This document shows, piece after piece, positions 30,360 to 45,209 of a stretch of DNA of 64,000 nucleotides. A program made the position numbers and the translations under genes. The notes under the pieces were generated by a model. The model did not search any database and was not told the DNA's origin. It was given only the letters and a program-made list of their open reading frames with translations. The DNA is taken from contig CM022674.1 in the NCBI GenBank assembly GCA_012295275.1, positions 11,408,001 to 11,472,000 of the forward strand, read 5' to 3'. The stretch is from Chrysomallon squamiferum (taxonomy: Eukaryota > Animalia > Mollusca). The first letter of the stretch is position 1. The number at the start of each line of letters is the position of its first letter.

Positions 30360-30830
30360 ACGTTGATGCCTTCATGCAGAACCACGATAAACATGTGAAG
30401 GAAGGGAAGAAATGTATATGGCGATATTGATGCCATTACCATTTTATATATATATATAATTATACATACATATAGATGGAAGGAAAGAAAGAAATAAAAG
30501 TGTACAGAGATAATGATGCCTTCATACACTGTCATGATAAACTATCATGGAAAAGAGAAAACATTTTGGCACTGATTATGTCTTTATTCTGAACTATTAT
30601 ATTCATATGAAAGGGGAAAAGAATGCATACATTAATGCCTTCATGCACAGTAATGATAAATATATGAATGGTAAGAAAGATAGAAATATTTATCTGTGAT
30701 AATGGTGTCTTAATACAGTATGATGATAAATATATAAAGGGAAAGAATATATGTATTTATATTTAGCAATGCTTATCTCTTGAAAGAGATAATGATGATG
30801 ATGATGTTTTCATAGAGAACTATTATAAAG
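30360..30830. repeat. Old degenerate tandem repeat (tgatgccttcat...gataaa...gaa)
   Basis: The motif recurs near 30365, 30515 and 30633, with more decayed copies around them. Confidence 0.6.
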
Positions 30831-31627
30831 ATGTTTTTTGAAAAGAGCGAGAGTTAGAACATATATATATATATATATATATATATAGGCATCATCACTG
30901 TCATACACACACACACACACACACACACGTATATATATATATAAGTATATATACATATGTGTGTGTATGTGTGTGTGTGTATATATGTATGCACATATAT
31001 GTATCTGTGTGTGTGTATATATATGTTTTTGTATGTGTGTGTATATATATATATATATATGGCAGTGATGATGTGTGCATGTGACTACAGTGAGAGAACA
31101 GGATCTACATGACTAAGCTATTGGAGTTACAAGTCTGGGTGATGCTTATCAGAGATTTGAAAATTTACTGTTTGTTTTGTTAGTGATTAGATCTGATTGT
31201 TAGGATGGGAAGAAAGTCATTTCTTCTTAAATGGAAAATGGCTTGAGGGACAGAAGAAGATAAAAGAAATGTGGTGGGGATTTCAGATTTTTTTTTCCAG
31301 AAAAGTTTGTAAATGTTTTTAATCAAAAATGTTTTCTTATTTTATATTCATGATAAAGTCTTAACTGGAACATTTTAACCCTGCAAAGGTTTGAATGATA
31401 TTTTTCAGTTATCTGTGTTTTTAGAAAAATGTTCAAATTGTTTTAATTAAAGCTGATATTTTATTATTTACATCTTTCTGATTCATTTTAATAATGCATT
31501 TAGATAACATTATATACCATAAATATTAGTGTTTCTAGAAAAATTTGACAATGTATTAGAAGAATTTTGTTTTTAATTAATCTTGGTATTTACTTTACAT
31601 ATTAATTATGCTCTTTGAATATAAATC

Positions 31628-31687
<60 letters not shown>

Positions 31688-33325
31688 GTAATAATATAAT
31701 AATAATTATAATAATATTATTTTAGCATTTAGGTTTTATCCTGGAATTTTTTTTTTAATCTTACATATGTTATTTAATTCTAACAAAAAGTTTAATAAGT
31801 ATAATTACCTAATCTTTCTCTTATCCTAAATCACATATTTCTCAATCCAACCATTCTGTAGTATCAAAGTATTTGATATAGGACCTTATGTCAATGGGCA
31901 AGTTAAACAGAAAATTGCTGGTAATTGGTAATACAGATTTCATATTGTTGTGTTAGGTTTCTTCTTTATCAAAACACACTTCATTAGGTTTTCTAGCCAT
32001 AAGAGAGGTGGCTGGTAAACACAGGTCAGCCTGATCTTGACTCACTAGAAGAACTGTGTAAGTGGTCTCTTTAAACAGGTGGTCTGGTCAAGGAGGTCAG
32101 TAAGTGTCTGCTTATTTAATAAGATGGCTGTTTGAAAAATGTTTGGTTTGTGTGAATGTGTGTGTGTGTGTGTGTGTGTGAGTGTGTGTGTGAGTGTTTA
32201 TGTGTGTGTGTGTGTGTGAGAGAGTGTCTTTTTAGGTGCATGTGTGTTTGAGTGTGTGTATGTGTGTGTGTGTGTGTCTGTATTTATATATATACAATTA
32301 AATAATAATTTGTTTTCTCCAAAACAGGTTAACATTTGTAAATGTATATAATACACACATCAATAAATAAGAATTTGTTTTCTCCAAAACAGGTTAACAT
32401 TTGTAAATACCATATGCACACACATATACACAAGAACACACACATATACACAAGAACACACAGATATACACAAGCACACACACATATACACAAGAACACA
32501 CATACATGTTGGAAATATCTGGTCACTTCTAGCATCATTTCTTTCTTATCCAAAATGAATTCTTCTCAGTTGTCATCAGTCTAACTTAATTAGTCACAGA
32601 TTAATTTTATCCTAATTATTCTACATTCCATAAAGGCACATTTTTTAAAAACAATATTCCACAAATTATCTCATACACAGAAGAGTGAAGAAAAAAAAAA
32701 AAAGGAATTAATTGGCAGTATGCGAGATATAATTATTTATCAATTGCTCCAAATAAGACAAACAAAACAATTGCAAATGTCAGTAGTGTTTGAAAATTAA
32801 CAATTACCATGCTGAATACAGTGTTGACATTTTACTAATAGACTGGTGAAAAGTCATCACAGTGTGTAACTCTAATCCATGTTGTTATGGTAACAGTAGA
32901 CCGGCCCCCTCCCTCTGTTTCACTTAGATAATACTTTCTACACAACAAATGGTCTTTACAACAATTTCAAGATAATTTGTTTTCTGAATCCATTGGAAGG
33001 ATGATTATGTCAGTTATAATTAATTATGCATATTTAACAACCATTGTATTTAATAGTTATTAATTATGTCTTGTGAATATTAATTATATGTCATTAATAT
33101 TATTAATATATCATTAAAATGATAAATTATATTATTCATTAATATTTGATTAAGTATATTTAAACTGAATTAATAAATTTAACCTAACAGAACAAAGTGA
33201 CAGTTTTAATAATCTTTTTTTATCCTGGAAGGTTAAATTATAATAGTCAATTTCCTGGTATTGAAATAACGTGCTTAATATTGATTATAAATTATTATAC
33301 GTGTCAATGTATGCATGTTCTTATG

Positions 33326-33365
<40 letters not shown>

Positions 33366-36300
33366 TATGCATATATATTATATGTGCACAAATAAATATT
33401 GTTGAATAAGTATCCTTCACTCATAACTCTCTCTCTATCTCTCTCTCTCTCTCACATGCTGCATATATATTATTTCTATTTAGTAAGAATTTAAGAGTGA
33501 GAGAAAATAAAGAAATTAAATTCAGATATGTGTAACCAGATTATTACTTTTTATATCCTAGTTATTACACTGCTGACAATATCCTGACAACCACAGAAAC
33601 CACAACAATAATTATAAAACCACCAAAAGGCTGGAAAACAATTAACTTTCTCACCCAGAAAGCTTCAATGAAAAAAACCCACAGAAATCAAATAAATAAA
33701 TAAATAAATAAAATAAAACAAAAACAAAAATAAAAAAGTAAAAAACAATTGGGTGACCAAGGGACATTACCCTCTCTCCTGTTTGTTTTGCTCTTCAGCT
33801 TGTGAGATAATAAATGTATTGGAGCAGGTCAAGGCAATAAAAACAGATTATCTTAATGAAAACAGTACTGAAAGAAAACAACTCCAAACTCATTAGCTGC
33901 CAAGTGCAATGAAAAAATAAATAAAACTTAGAATAAGGTTAAACTGTCATGGACACACAGACAGTCAGATAAAGAGAAAATGTCTGTCAGAGATGACAGA
34001 CAGACACAAGGACAGATATATGTTTAGATGGACATATAGACAGATAAACTGAGAGACAGACAAAAATAAAGATACAGCTGGACAGAGAGACAGACATTTG
34101 TAACATAATTATTTCAATACAATTTTGGATTTGTTTTTCCGTTAATCATTATTAATTTTCTTCATGTTTTATTTTGTTTTATTATAGGGGTTTATTTAAT
34201 TGTTTATTTATGTTTATATAAAACAAACAATTTAATTTTTAAATTTATATTTTGCATTTAATTTTATATTTATATTTGAATAGGAAGCATTAAAAATATT
34301 GACATCAAACAGTGAATGGAATTAAATAAATTAATATTGGTACATAAATCTTGATAAATATTAAATAAAAATAATTTAATATGGCAGAGGATTAATTAAA
34401 AAAGATTAACATAGGAGTATCATTTATTATTTAATATATTGTTTTAATTATTCAATATATTCAAGATATAATTTTAAATGTGATTTTAAATAAAGAAATT
34501 TTTAAAAAAGTACACTCACATGCATATATTAAAATACATATACACACATATTTAAGTCAATGAAAAAACTTTTACAAAGAAGAATTAAACAAAATTAAAG
34601 TACTTACATTAAGACACACATGTTGACAACTTCAGTGAAGGAAAAACTGAGAGAAAAATTAAATACGTAGAAACTGAGAAACTGTAACTCTACTTTTCTA
34701 ATCAGAATGGAAAACAAAATTTTTTAAAAGACTTTTTTTTTTTTTTAAATAATAAAAAAATAGACACCACTGATTGACAGTCTCTTCTGGAGCCAGTCAG
34801 TTGTAAACTTCTTTTTCCCACGGTAAAAAGGAGAAATATTGCAACAACTTGTATAGCAGACATACAACCTGTTGCAGGAATTGCTCTAAGAGAGAAAAAA
34901 AAAAAAAAAAAAAAGAGAAGAAGAATGTAAGGCTTCTTCTGATTGGCTGTTGATAGCTGATGTACTTCCCTGTCACATGTCATCTGACAGAAGAAATTCC
35001 ATTGGAAGAAATGATGCATCGCAAAGATCTGTCTCTTTTTACCATTGGTTTGTGGTAAATGGAAAAAATATCATGTTTCTCATGTTGCACCAGTTCTCAA
35101 TTGGTGGAGGGGGAAGTAAGGCTGGGGGAGTCCTTACTAAAGGAGGTAAATTATTCTGAAACAGTGTCTGGTTAAGAATTGAAAATATTTTGGTAATTAT
35201 GTTGTTTGGGTTTTTTTTTCACTTGTTTTTTTTATTATTATTATGTTTTTCTTTTTTTTTTTTTATTTTTTTTTTTTTTTATTGATTTTTTTATTTTTAC
35301 TTAGTATTCAATTCTTAATTTAATAAATTAAAATGATTTGATGAAAATATTAAATTAAAAAAGTCTGGTGAAAATGAATAATGTTTATGGATTAGTACTT
35401 GAAATTAATTATAATTATAATTATAATTATAATACACACACACACACACACACACAAAATATTTACAGATGCACGTACTCTTAAACACACACATTTTCAA
35501 ACATCAAATAAAAATTGTATATCAAATTAGAACAAAATATACAATATTCTGAATTTTCAATATTTGAATTAAAATTGAAAAAGCTAAAAATCTACATCAA
35601 AATATTTGTTTTTATTACTAGCAGCACAGCACTTACCATGTGTTTTACAACTGAAGTAGCACAGCATACACTATAAATTTTCACTACAAATAAATTTCTT
35701 CTATTGCAGACTCTGATGTGGCTCAGACAATTAAAACTTTAAAAAAAAAGAAAAAAGTCTGTTTCAGGTTTTAACATTGCACAGAAAGTTAGAACTTTTG
35801 AAAGTTTATTTCCCATTCTCTCTGCCGCTGTAATAATGTCTTTTATTTCTCCCTCACCATCTGCAAGTGATCCTTGACGTCTGCTTGTGTCTGCCTGTCT
35901 GAGTCGCTCACGTCTGCCTGAGTCGCTCACGTCTGCTCGGCTCATCAGCAGACGGACAGAGATCTTCTTAGATCATCTGACACCAGGACAAGATGACTCT
36001 GCACAAAGATTTATTCTCCAGCATGTGTTTTTCTGTTTGCCTCAGACAAGTGGGTCTTGAAACCAGAAACTCATAAAGATTCCATATGGAGATTTCAAAC
36101 AAACATAACTTTTAGAAAGCAGGGCTCTTTCTTTTCTCTCTGTTTCGTTTTTTTTTTTTTTTTTTTTAACAAGCATACATCATTAATCTGTGGGGAACCC
36201 ATGTGGTTCCCATGCAGGCTGTATTCCAAACAAAGCATGGATTCATTTATAAAACCCTCCCATCCCCTCCCCCCTTTTCTTTTATCTTCCCCATACATTT

Positions 36301-36591
36301 TGAAATATTTCACACATGATAAATTTTACTTTTAAAGCCATCCCTTGCCCTAGTACATTATTTTTTTTCTTCCATATTTTAAATAACTTTAAACAATATA
36401 AATTTTATTTACAAAATCTTCCTTTTCTTTTTCTCCCTCTCCCTCACCCACTTATTCATAGCTCAAGAAGAGGAAAATTAATTTATATAATCTCCTCTCC
36501 CCATTTTTATTTTAGTTGCACCTCTACCATCTTTCAGATTTCTTAATAAATGATAAAATTGACAATTTGGTAAATTAGAGAAATTGAACTA

Positions 36592-36725
<134 letters not shown>

Positions 36726-37016
36726 AGTTAATAAAAATTAAAAAAAAACAAGAGTAGGGGAGGGAAAAAAACACCCTCTAACCTCTCACCAGTGCCCTCC
36801 CAGTCCCACCCTAGATTGTAAGCTGAACTGAATAGATGCCACATTATGTCCACCTGTTTTGGGGAATCACTGGGAAGAATGTTGCGTGACCTTACGAGGT
36901 CAAAAGCACCAGTATACAACCTGAGGTATTTCCACCACTGGCAAGTAACTGCTCATAATGTCTGCCTGCGAGTGAATTCATATTACTCCACTGGTTGTAA
37001 ACCTTCTTGTGTGTGA

Positions 37017-37083
<67 letters not shown>

Positions 37084-37315
37084 TTAGTAGTGAGTATATG
37101 TTTGTTTGTTGTGTATGTATATGTTAGTGTTTTTTGGTGTGTTCTTTTTACATATTTGTTTATTGGTGTTTATGTGTTGTCCTCAGAGTGTGTGGATTTT
37201 AATGTTGTTTATGTGCTTGTGTGTATGTTTCTCTGAGTATGTGTATGTTTTTGTATAGATGGGTGTGTGTATGTGTGTTTGTATGTATGTGTATGTGTAT
37301 GTGTATGTGTATGTA

Positions 37316-37360
<45 letters not shown>

Positions 37361-37799
37361 ATATGTGTATAAGGATGAGCATTTATGCTTATCAAAAACA
37401 TTATTAAAAACACACAGACAAATGGAAGAACAGATACACATCCATAGGAAAAACCTCAGATTATGAAAATAAAATGTGTCTCTGGAAATCAATCAGTCAA
37501 ATAACATGTAAATAAATAAATGAATAAATAAACAAATAAATAAATTTAATTGAGACAAATTAACTCAGATTACACAGACAGAATCAAACTAATGCTCTTA
37601 TCATTCATTACCCATTATGCGTGGTATGCATCATAATTCTACCGCAGACTGAGTCTTCTCCATCCCTCTTCTCTTAATTATTGCTGACAGATATGTACAA
37701 GAGGTGGTGGATTGGTGGGGAGGGGGGGTGACAGACAGACAGTGTGTGTGAGAGAGAAAACACCCAGTTTTGCACAGACACAAGAATTTTCCCACAGTT

Positions 37800-37838
<39 letters not shown>

Positions 37839-38495
37839 TACGGGAGACTGGATAAAGATATTTCAGCAGATGACACATATTTGCCTCACTGTCTGTCATC
37901 TTGATTCCTAGCCTCTGCCGAAATGTTGGCCATCTTGAGGTTTCTGCTAATTCCAGAATAGCAGCTGTGTATGGGGAGGGGCAGGGAGATGGAAAGGGTG
38001 GAGGACAGGCTGTTTAGGGAGTGTAAAAAAAAAAAGGGGGACAAATAGGGGTGTCGGGATATTAAAAGAGGGAAATATGAGGTAAAGGGAGATGGAAATT
38101 TGGAAGAGGAGGTTAAAGATGGGGAGAAAAATAAAAGGTTCAGGTGTCATGAATCTAGGGAGCAAAGAGAAAGTGTGTACAGAGAAGTAGAATAGTTAGA
38201 TGGGATGTCAGAGATTGGGGGTAGAAAAAAGGGTGGAGGGGATAACAAGGGTGGGGAGGTGAATACAGGGATGTAACAGATTGAAAGGTGGACAAGGAAA
38301 CAGTGAGGAAGCCTGGGAGAATGAAGTTCAACATAAAAAAATAAAATAAATAACATCATTTTATTTTGGACCATGGAAAGAAATTGTCGAAAATTGAACC
38401 AAATATTTAAATTATATTTTTATATATATAATGATTATTTTTCCTTTTGTAGAAAAGCTTTTCTTTTTTATTATTATTATTTTTTCATTTTCTCT

Positions 38496-38538
<43 letters not shown>

Positions 38539-41500
38539 TAATTAACCATGGTCAAGAACATGGCGTCAGATATTGCACAACACAATCAAAGTCTTTTTTC
38601 TTTGGATGTTTCATCACTAACAAACTTGGCTTTCTCTTGTATTATGTTTATATAGTAGATATCACAAAAATATCAAAATGACATTTTTATATATATATAT
38701 ATATATAAAACAAATAAATGTTTTTGAGTACAGTACAGCAGCTAATGTCTTAGTTCAAAACTTCCATTCTCTTTCCTTTAAGTCTGGATGTTGAAATCAC
38801 TTTTCTGAAAATGTCAACGCTAAGATGACAGGTTGGCCTAACTCACAAGTGTCACAGAGCAGCCACACAAGTCAGCCTCCGAGTCTAAAAACAATATCAG
38901 TTTTATGGAAGCTATTACCATCATAACAAAAGCACAATGGTACTTCTTTCTTTGGCCAACGTCTGTTTCCAGTTTGGATGTAACTGGTTCTTTTCTTTTT
39001 TTTTCACTATATTTAGTGTTTTTCATCTTTATCGAATGATAGCTTGGCATATTTTTTATTTTACGAGGTGTTTGTTAAACAGGAGAAAGGACAATGCTTT
39101 TAGGAAGGAGCCAGGTGACAAACAGGGTCATTGTTGTCTTGTTCTCAAACGACTGTTCTGATGTGTGCCAGCAGGAATCAGTTTGCGTTGATGTAGATGA
39201 TGTGTTTGATGTAGGAGATGTGATCCAGCCGTCCACATCTGTTGAAAATGAGTGACACGATGTCTTGAGTAAAGCTCAATTAAGTTATACTCTGAGTTAT
39301 AATGGGTTAGCTGTGTTCAGGACATTCAGATTTATTTGTCATACATATCCATTATGTACCCACCTTACATGTGTCAGATATCCACCTTCAATGACCCACA
39401 TACCCAACACTTACTGTTCACAGATCAACTCACTGTTTGTCACTAAGTCAGATTCACAAGTCAGTCGTATCATTAGTCTAACTTTGAATTTCTGTCTGTT
39501 TGAATATTTGTCTGCTTGTTTGTCTGACTGAACAGAGATCTTAGTTTTTGTTTCTGTTTGTCCATTCATATGCATATCTATCCATCCATCATTTATGTCA
39601 ATAATTTCATTTGACAGTTCCATTTTACTTTCTGTCCATCCATCAATACACCTTTCATCAGTCTCTTTGTTCATCCATTTGTCTGTGTGTTTTTTTGTCT
39701 CCTTAGTGTCTTATTTGTGCATTCACTCATCTGTTATTCATCCACATAGCATTTACCATCCATCCATCCATCCATCCATCCATCCATCCATTCCCTACAG
39801 TTCTTCCATCCATCCATCCATCCATCCATCTATTCATCAGTCAGTTTTGTTTTTATTACTCCAGTGTGCCATGCAACTCTAAGAAGATGACTAATTCAGT
39901 TCAGACTGTTCACGTGAGTGTTTGCTCATTTTCTTATGACTTGGGAGGAGAAGATTTTGCACATTTTTACTTAATTCATCACCAAGCATCAGCGACAGAC
40001 TATCAACTGGAAAAGGTCAGGGGCAGAGCAGGGGGTGGTGTGGGAACACTTTCCCTTGTTTGTGTGAATCACTGGGGAGACATTCCTGCTTCGTTGTTTT
40101 GGGAGATGGCTTGAGTGTTAATATAGGCGTAACAGGGTTTTTCAGAAACTCTAGAAGGCATGTGTTACCATTTTATAAAAAAATAAAAAATTAAAACATT
40201 TTTAAAAAAGAAAGAAAGAATTACCAAAAAAAAAAAAAATAATAATAATAATAATAATAATTTAAAATGAAAAAAGAATTATAAAAAAATGTTGAAACAA
40301 AAAGATATAATAATAAAAAGATATTCAAAAATTTAAATATCCATAAAAGAATTGTAAAAAAACAAAAGTTATAAAAATAAAACATAATAAAATATCTTTC
40401 TTTCTTTCTTTTAGAGAAGTTTATTTGATAACTTCCATATGGTTTTGATCCCTGAGCCATAATGTTTCCATTTTCTAATTTTTTTGATGTTTTTATTTAT
40501 ATGTAGATAATGTTCTGTTATTCTGTGTACAACCCCAGAGAGATAAATAAATTTGTATTTTGCTAAGAATGTTGAACAAATCAGGTTCAGATAAAATAAA
40601 CTAGGTGTTAGTTTTTATTTCTGTAGCCAAGAAAGTATTTAAAACTGCAATGAAATCTTCCATTCATCCATAAGTCCATTCAATATTCTGTCATGATTAC
40701 ATTTAGCACAATGCCAAGAAGTCAAACATGAATTATATACTAATGAATAACACTCACTGTTGTAGTTTTTTCTATGTCTTTCATGAAACCTCTTTAATAC
40801 AGCAAGACAACACATACCACTGAAAAGTTTCCCAAAACAAAACGATTTTAACTGGATATAACCCAGACTATATCTTTATCCATTATCTATCCATCTATCC
40901 ATCTATCTATCAATCTATCTGTCTGTCTGTCTGTCTATCTATCCTTCTATCTGTCTATCTATCCTTCTATCTATCTATCTATCTATATAAAATAAATATA
41001 ACACATAACTGATAAATGTACAGACTGGGTAATATTCAGTCAAATATATACACAAATCACTGTTTCTGTTTCTGTTTTTATCTGTAGCTTCTGTTACTCT
41101 GACTGTTGCATTATTATTATTAACATCATCATCATCATCATCATTATCACATTTATAAATATAATCAAAGCTCAAATAAATTATTTTTAAAAATTCTAAT
41201 TTTTCGCTAACTAAATCTTCATCCAGACTATAAATAAAACAAAAAAACAGATCTAAATTTAAACACTCCAATTTGACTTAAATCGTCTCTCCATTTTGTT
41301 CTGTGATCCTGTAAAAGGGCGAAAATAACTTAAACATGAGACAATCGCTGAAATGAGACAATGACAGAATAATCCCGACATCGTTGATGTCTGCGCTAAG
41401 CCTCGACACCTTCGGATAGGAAAGTCAATCTTGGCGCGGTGGCATGCACTTCCCTCCAGAGGAAATGATTAATTTCAGCAGAATGACAGAGACAATTGAC

Positions 41501-41658
41501 ATTTGGCAGGTAAAAGAATTAAAACTGGAGAAAAACCTGGCTGGTTCAATATCACCGTTAACATCACAGCGGTTGTAGTTCTCAGTAGAAATTGTTAATA
41601 GAAACTTTTTTTATTAGTTTTTATATTTCAAATTATCTGTATAGAGATGGGTATTGTG

Positions 41659-41703
<45 letters not shown>

Positions 41704-44367
41704 TGTGTTGCAAGAATTGTTTTTCAGTAGTGTGAATTTGAAACAGATGATATTACTGAATGGGTTATGTGAAAAAAAGAGAAAGAAGATGATTATGATG
41801 ATAATGATGATTATAAATGTTTTTAAATAAAATGAAAAGAAAAAAGGATTCATTCTTTCTGACTTTCTCTTGTAAATGTCTAGTAAGTCTAATAAATATA
41901 AACTGTCCATAAAAATCATTAACTGTACACAATGCTTCTATTTCTTTTTACTATATGTATAAATGAGAGAGAGAAATGAAAGAAAAAGAGAAAGTGAGAA
42001 AGGAGAGAAGGGAAAGATGAAAGAGTGATAGAAACAAAAAGAGAGAAAGAGTGAAAGAGTAACAGAGAGATAAAGATAGACAAAACTGAAAGGGAGATTA
42101 ATTAATTAATCAAGTGCAACTGTTATCTGTAAAAATTCTGTAAATTATAATATTTTGCTGAATTTAAATAAGTTAAAATGAAAAGAAAAAGATTTGTCTA
42201 ATTTTCATAGCATGGGAAAACTTTCTTGTACAACAACTTCTAGTCACTGCTTTGTGAAAAATTCTTTCAAAAATAAATAAATATGGAAATGAGATTATCT
42301 GAATGACATCTCTCTCCTTTTCTTCTCCTTTTAAAAATTCAGCTCTGGCGAAAATCCTCATGCTGAATTAGTAATGAAACAACATAAAGAGAGAAAAAAT
42401 AATTCTCTAAATTATGGCACAATTAAAACACCTCATTTGACGCTTTGAGACTTGCTGAGATATTGACTGGCTTCAGCCCAGGATTCAATCAACTGGTGCC
42501 TTGCGTGTGCGCTGCCTTCTGCCTTTGTAATTCCCTCCACATTGGTGCTCCGCAGATCAATAAGAGGACAATTGAGTTGTCGCATCATGAGACAGACTCC
42601 CATTCATCTTGTAACAGCATCGCAGAAAATATTTCTATTCAGCAGCAAATAACAAGGACGTCCATCATTGGATCTTATTCACCTGCTGCCAATAAGCCGA
42701 GTGTTTCCACCTTTCTTTAAAAAGACGTCACAATTAATTAATTCTCTCACCTTGCAGAAGTTTTATAAGAAAACCAGAAAAAAAAAAATAAAAAAAAAAA
42801 GGAAGAAAGAAGAATGACAAGAAAATAAAGAGTAAGATGAAAGAAAGAAAAAATAAAACAGAGGAAGAAAAAAGTGAGAAAATAAAAAAAAAAAAGTAAG
42901 TATATTAATGATATAGACACAATATCAAAGGAAGAATGAAAATCAAATTTTAAAAAGAAGAAAAAAGCTATGAAAGAAACAAAGACAAAAATAAGGAATA
43001 AATGAAATAATAGAAATAAAAAGACATGAAGAAATGATACAAAAAAACAACAACAAGAAAATGAAGAAAGATAACAGAACAAAGAAGAAAAACAAGAAAA
43101 TAGAGAAAAATAAAGTAGAAATATGAAAAAATTAAAAACATAAAGAAAAATAAAGCAAAAAGAAAAGAAAGTAAAAAACATAAAGAAAAGAAGAAAATCA
43201 AGAGAAATGAATAAAAAAAAAAGAAAGGAATGTGAAGAAAGATGAAGATAATGAAGAAATTCTGTGACATGATTAGAAGGATGTAATTGGGTGAGATGAA
43301 AAGTCAGTGATCTCAATAAGAAACCTCCAAGGAGCTGTGATGTATGCAGCCTGGTGAAAGGATAATCTCTTTCTGTGGTCTACACAAATCAAGTCTTCTG
43401 TGGAAATCGCTGTTAATTGGCAAAGTGTCGCTTGCCGCCTTTGTCTGTCGTCTGCTGCGAGATATTTTCATCTTCAGTTTATACCATTCTAAACTGTCTC
43501 GAGTCCATACATCACTTCGTCAGATAGCCAGAGTGGGGGAGTAATTAACGGGTTGATGATGATGATGATGATTAAAGTTGAGGAAAGTTCTGGGGATTAC
43601 TGTCAGGAATGATTGTTCTCTGCTTGGTGATTACATCTTAAATCTTTTATTGCATGTTGTTAGGTGGCTACAGTGCTGTTTCAGTGCTCCAGGTCAAACC
43701 TCCCAAGTGCACTGATTAAGAAATCTCCCATTCCAGCTAAAGCTCAGTTACCAGCATAATCAAATGTTTTACATGTATTTTCCGAGCAGTGAGAAGGTTT
43801 GCATAAAGGATTTCTTACTGCTAATCAATAAAAATTACCTGTAGATTTCCTGTCTTACAGTATTATTATATTTCAAAAATCATAAATTTGTCACAAAATA
43901 ATTTAATATTAAAATGTTTATATTTTAAATAAATAACATTTTTTATATTCGTTTTTAAAATCTTAACTCTTTCTCACTCAGTATCAGTTTTTGTTTTCTT
44001 TAAATATGTGTAAATGAAAAAATATACATTATTTTGTGTGTTTGTGTTTGTGTGTCTGTATCTGTGTGTTTATGTGTGTTTAGCATGTGTATATGATTCC
44101 ATATTTACCAATTTTATTTGATTTTTCTCACATTATTCTACCTTCAGTAATAATCATTGCTACAACTTCCAGTAACTGTAATGTTAAAGACACACATTGA
44201 GTACAAGCTATGTTACTGAATGAACTATTCTCTGTGGTGTCTCTGGTACTGTCAACACAGATAATCAATGAACTGACCACTGACTGCAGGCTGGCCCAGT
44301 CATGCAACACTTACCACAGACAATCACAAACTGTTCCCCTCTTCCTCTCCCCACAGCGATGACAGAT

Positions 44368-44380
44368 GTTGCCTAGCAAC
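44368..44380. promoter_or_regulatory. RFX X-box motif GTTGCCTAGCAAC
   Basis: Match to the X-box consensus, 500 nt from the second box. Confidence 0.5.
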
Positions 44381-44867
44381 CAGGACCCTCCATACAAACT
44401 ATACTTCCTGTCCTTTTCGTGGGATATATATATATATATTATTATTTTTTTTTTTTTTAAATTGTGATTAAAAGCAATACACTAACAATAACATCGACCT
44501 ACAAGTCACAGAATAGATTTTTACCTGGAACTGATGTCGTACTTAAATGTTACCTGTCAGGTGTGACATCACCCTCCCCTATCCTAGACATCCCCCACAG
44601 GCCCTCTGTCCCCCCACCACCAGACCATCACCAGTGCTCATCAAACATTTCCAAATCGGTTTTTAATCTCATCATGCTGTAAGGTAATTTGGAGGCACCA
44701 TCGCCAACGTCATCTCACATCATTGTCAACATCGTCTCACACCAACATCGGCCGACGAGGTCGCAGGCGAAGTGGTGGGGACTGAAATGTGGATGACACC
44801 AGCTGCTTCAGAAACGAAGATGGGTAAGCCATATTGACACAGAGACAGGTAGAGAGCATCTCGTCAT

Positions 44868-44881
44868 GTTACCATAGCAAC
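44868..44881. promoter_or_regulatory. RFX X-box motif GTTACCATAGCAAC
   Basis: Full match to the X-box consensus GTNRCC(N0-3)RGYAAC. Function is untested. Confidence 0.5.
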
Positions 44882-45165
44882 AAAAGTTAATTCTTAAGTA
44901 AGCTTTTTTCCTTACAGAGTACCAGGTAAAGGTTACAAAAGTTAATGAGAAATAATGATTACTCAATGGTTTTTATTTATTTTTATTATTATATTTTGGT
45001 TTTATTATTTTTATTATTATTGTTATTATTATTATTATTATTATTGTTATTATTATTATTAGTATTTCTATACTGAAATGAATAGTTTAAGTAAATTTAT
45101 TTTTCTTTCCATCTCTTCATCTTTCTTTCTCTCAGTCATCAAATCATTTTATTTTCCATACTTTC

Positions 45166-45209
<44 letters not shown>

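Noticed and set aside
32305-32410. Short local duplications (also 49431-49515, 58636-58700, 62515-62570, 22620-22700, 15205-15300)
   Set aside because: Ordinary slippage duplications with no terminal repeats or coding features.
42747-43316. 189-aa Phe/Leu-rich ORF resembling a membrane protein
   Set aside because: It is the reverse complement of an A/G-rich low-complexity tract, so the composition is an artefact.
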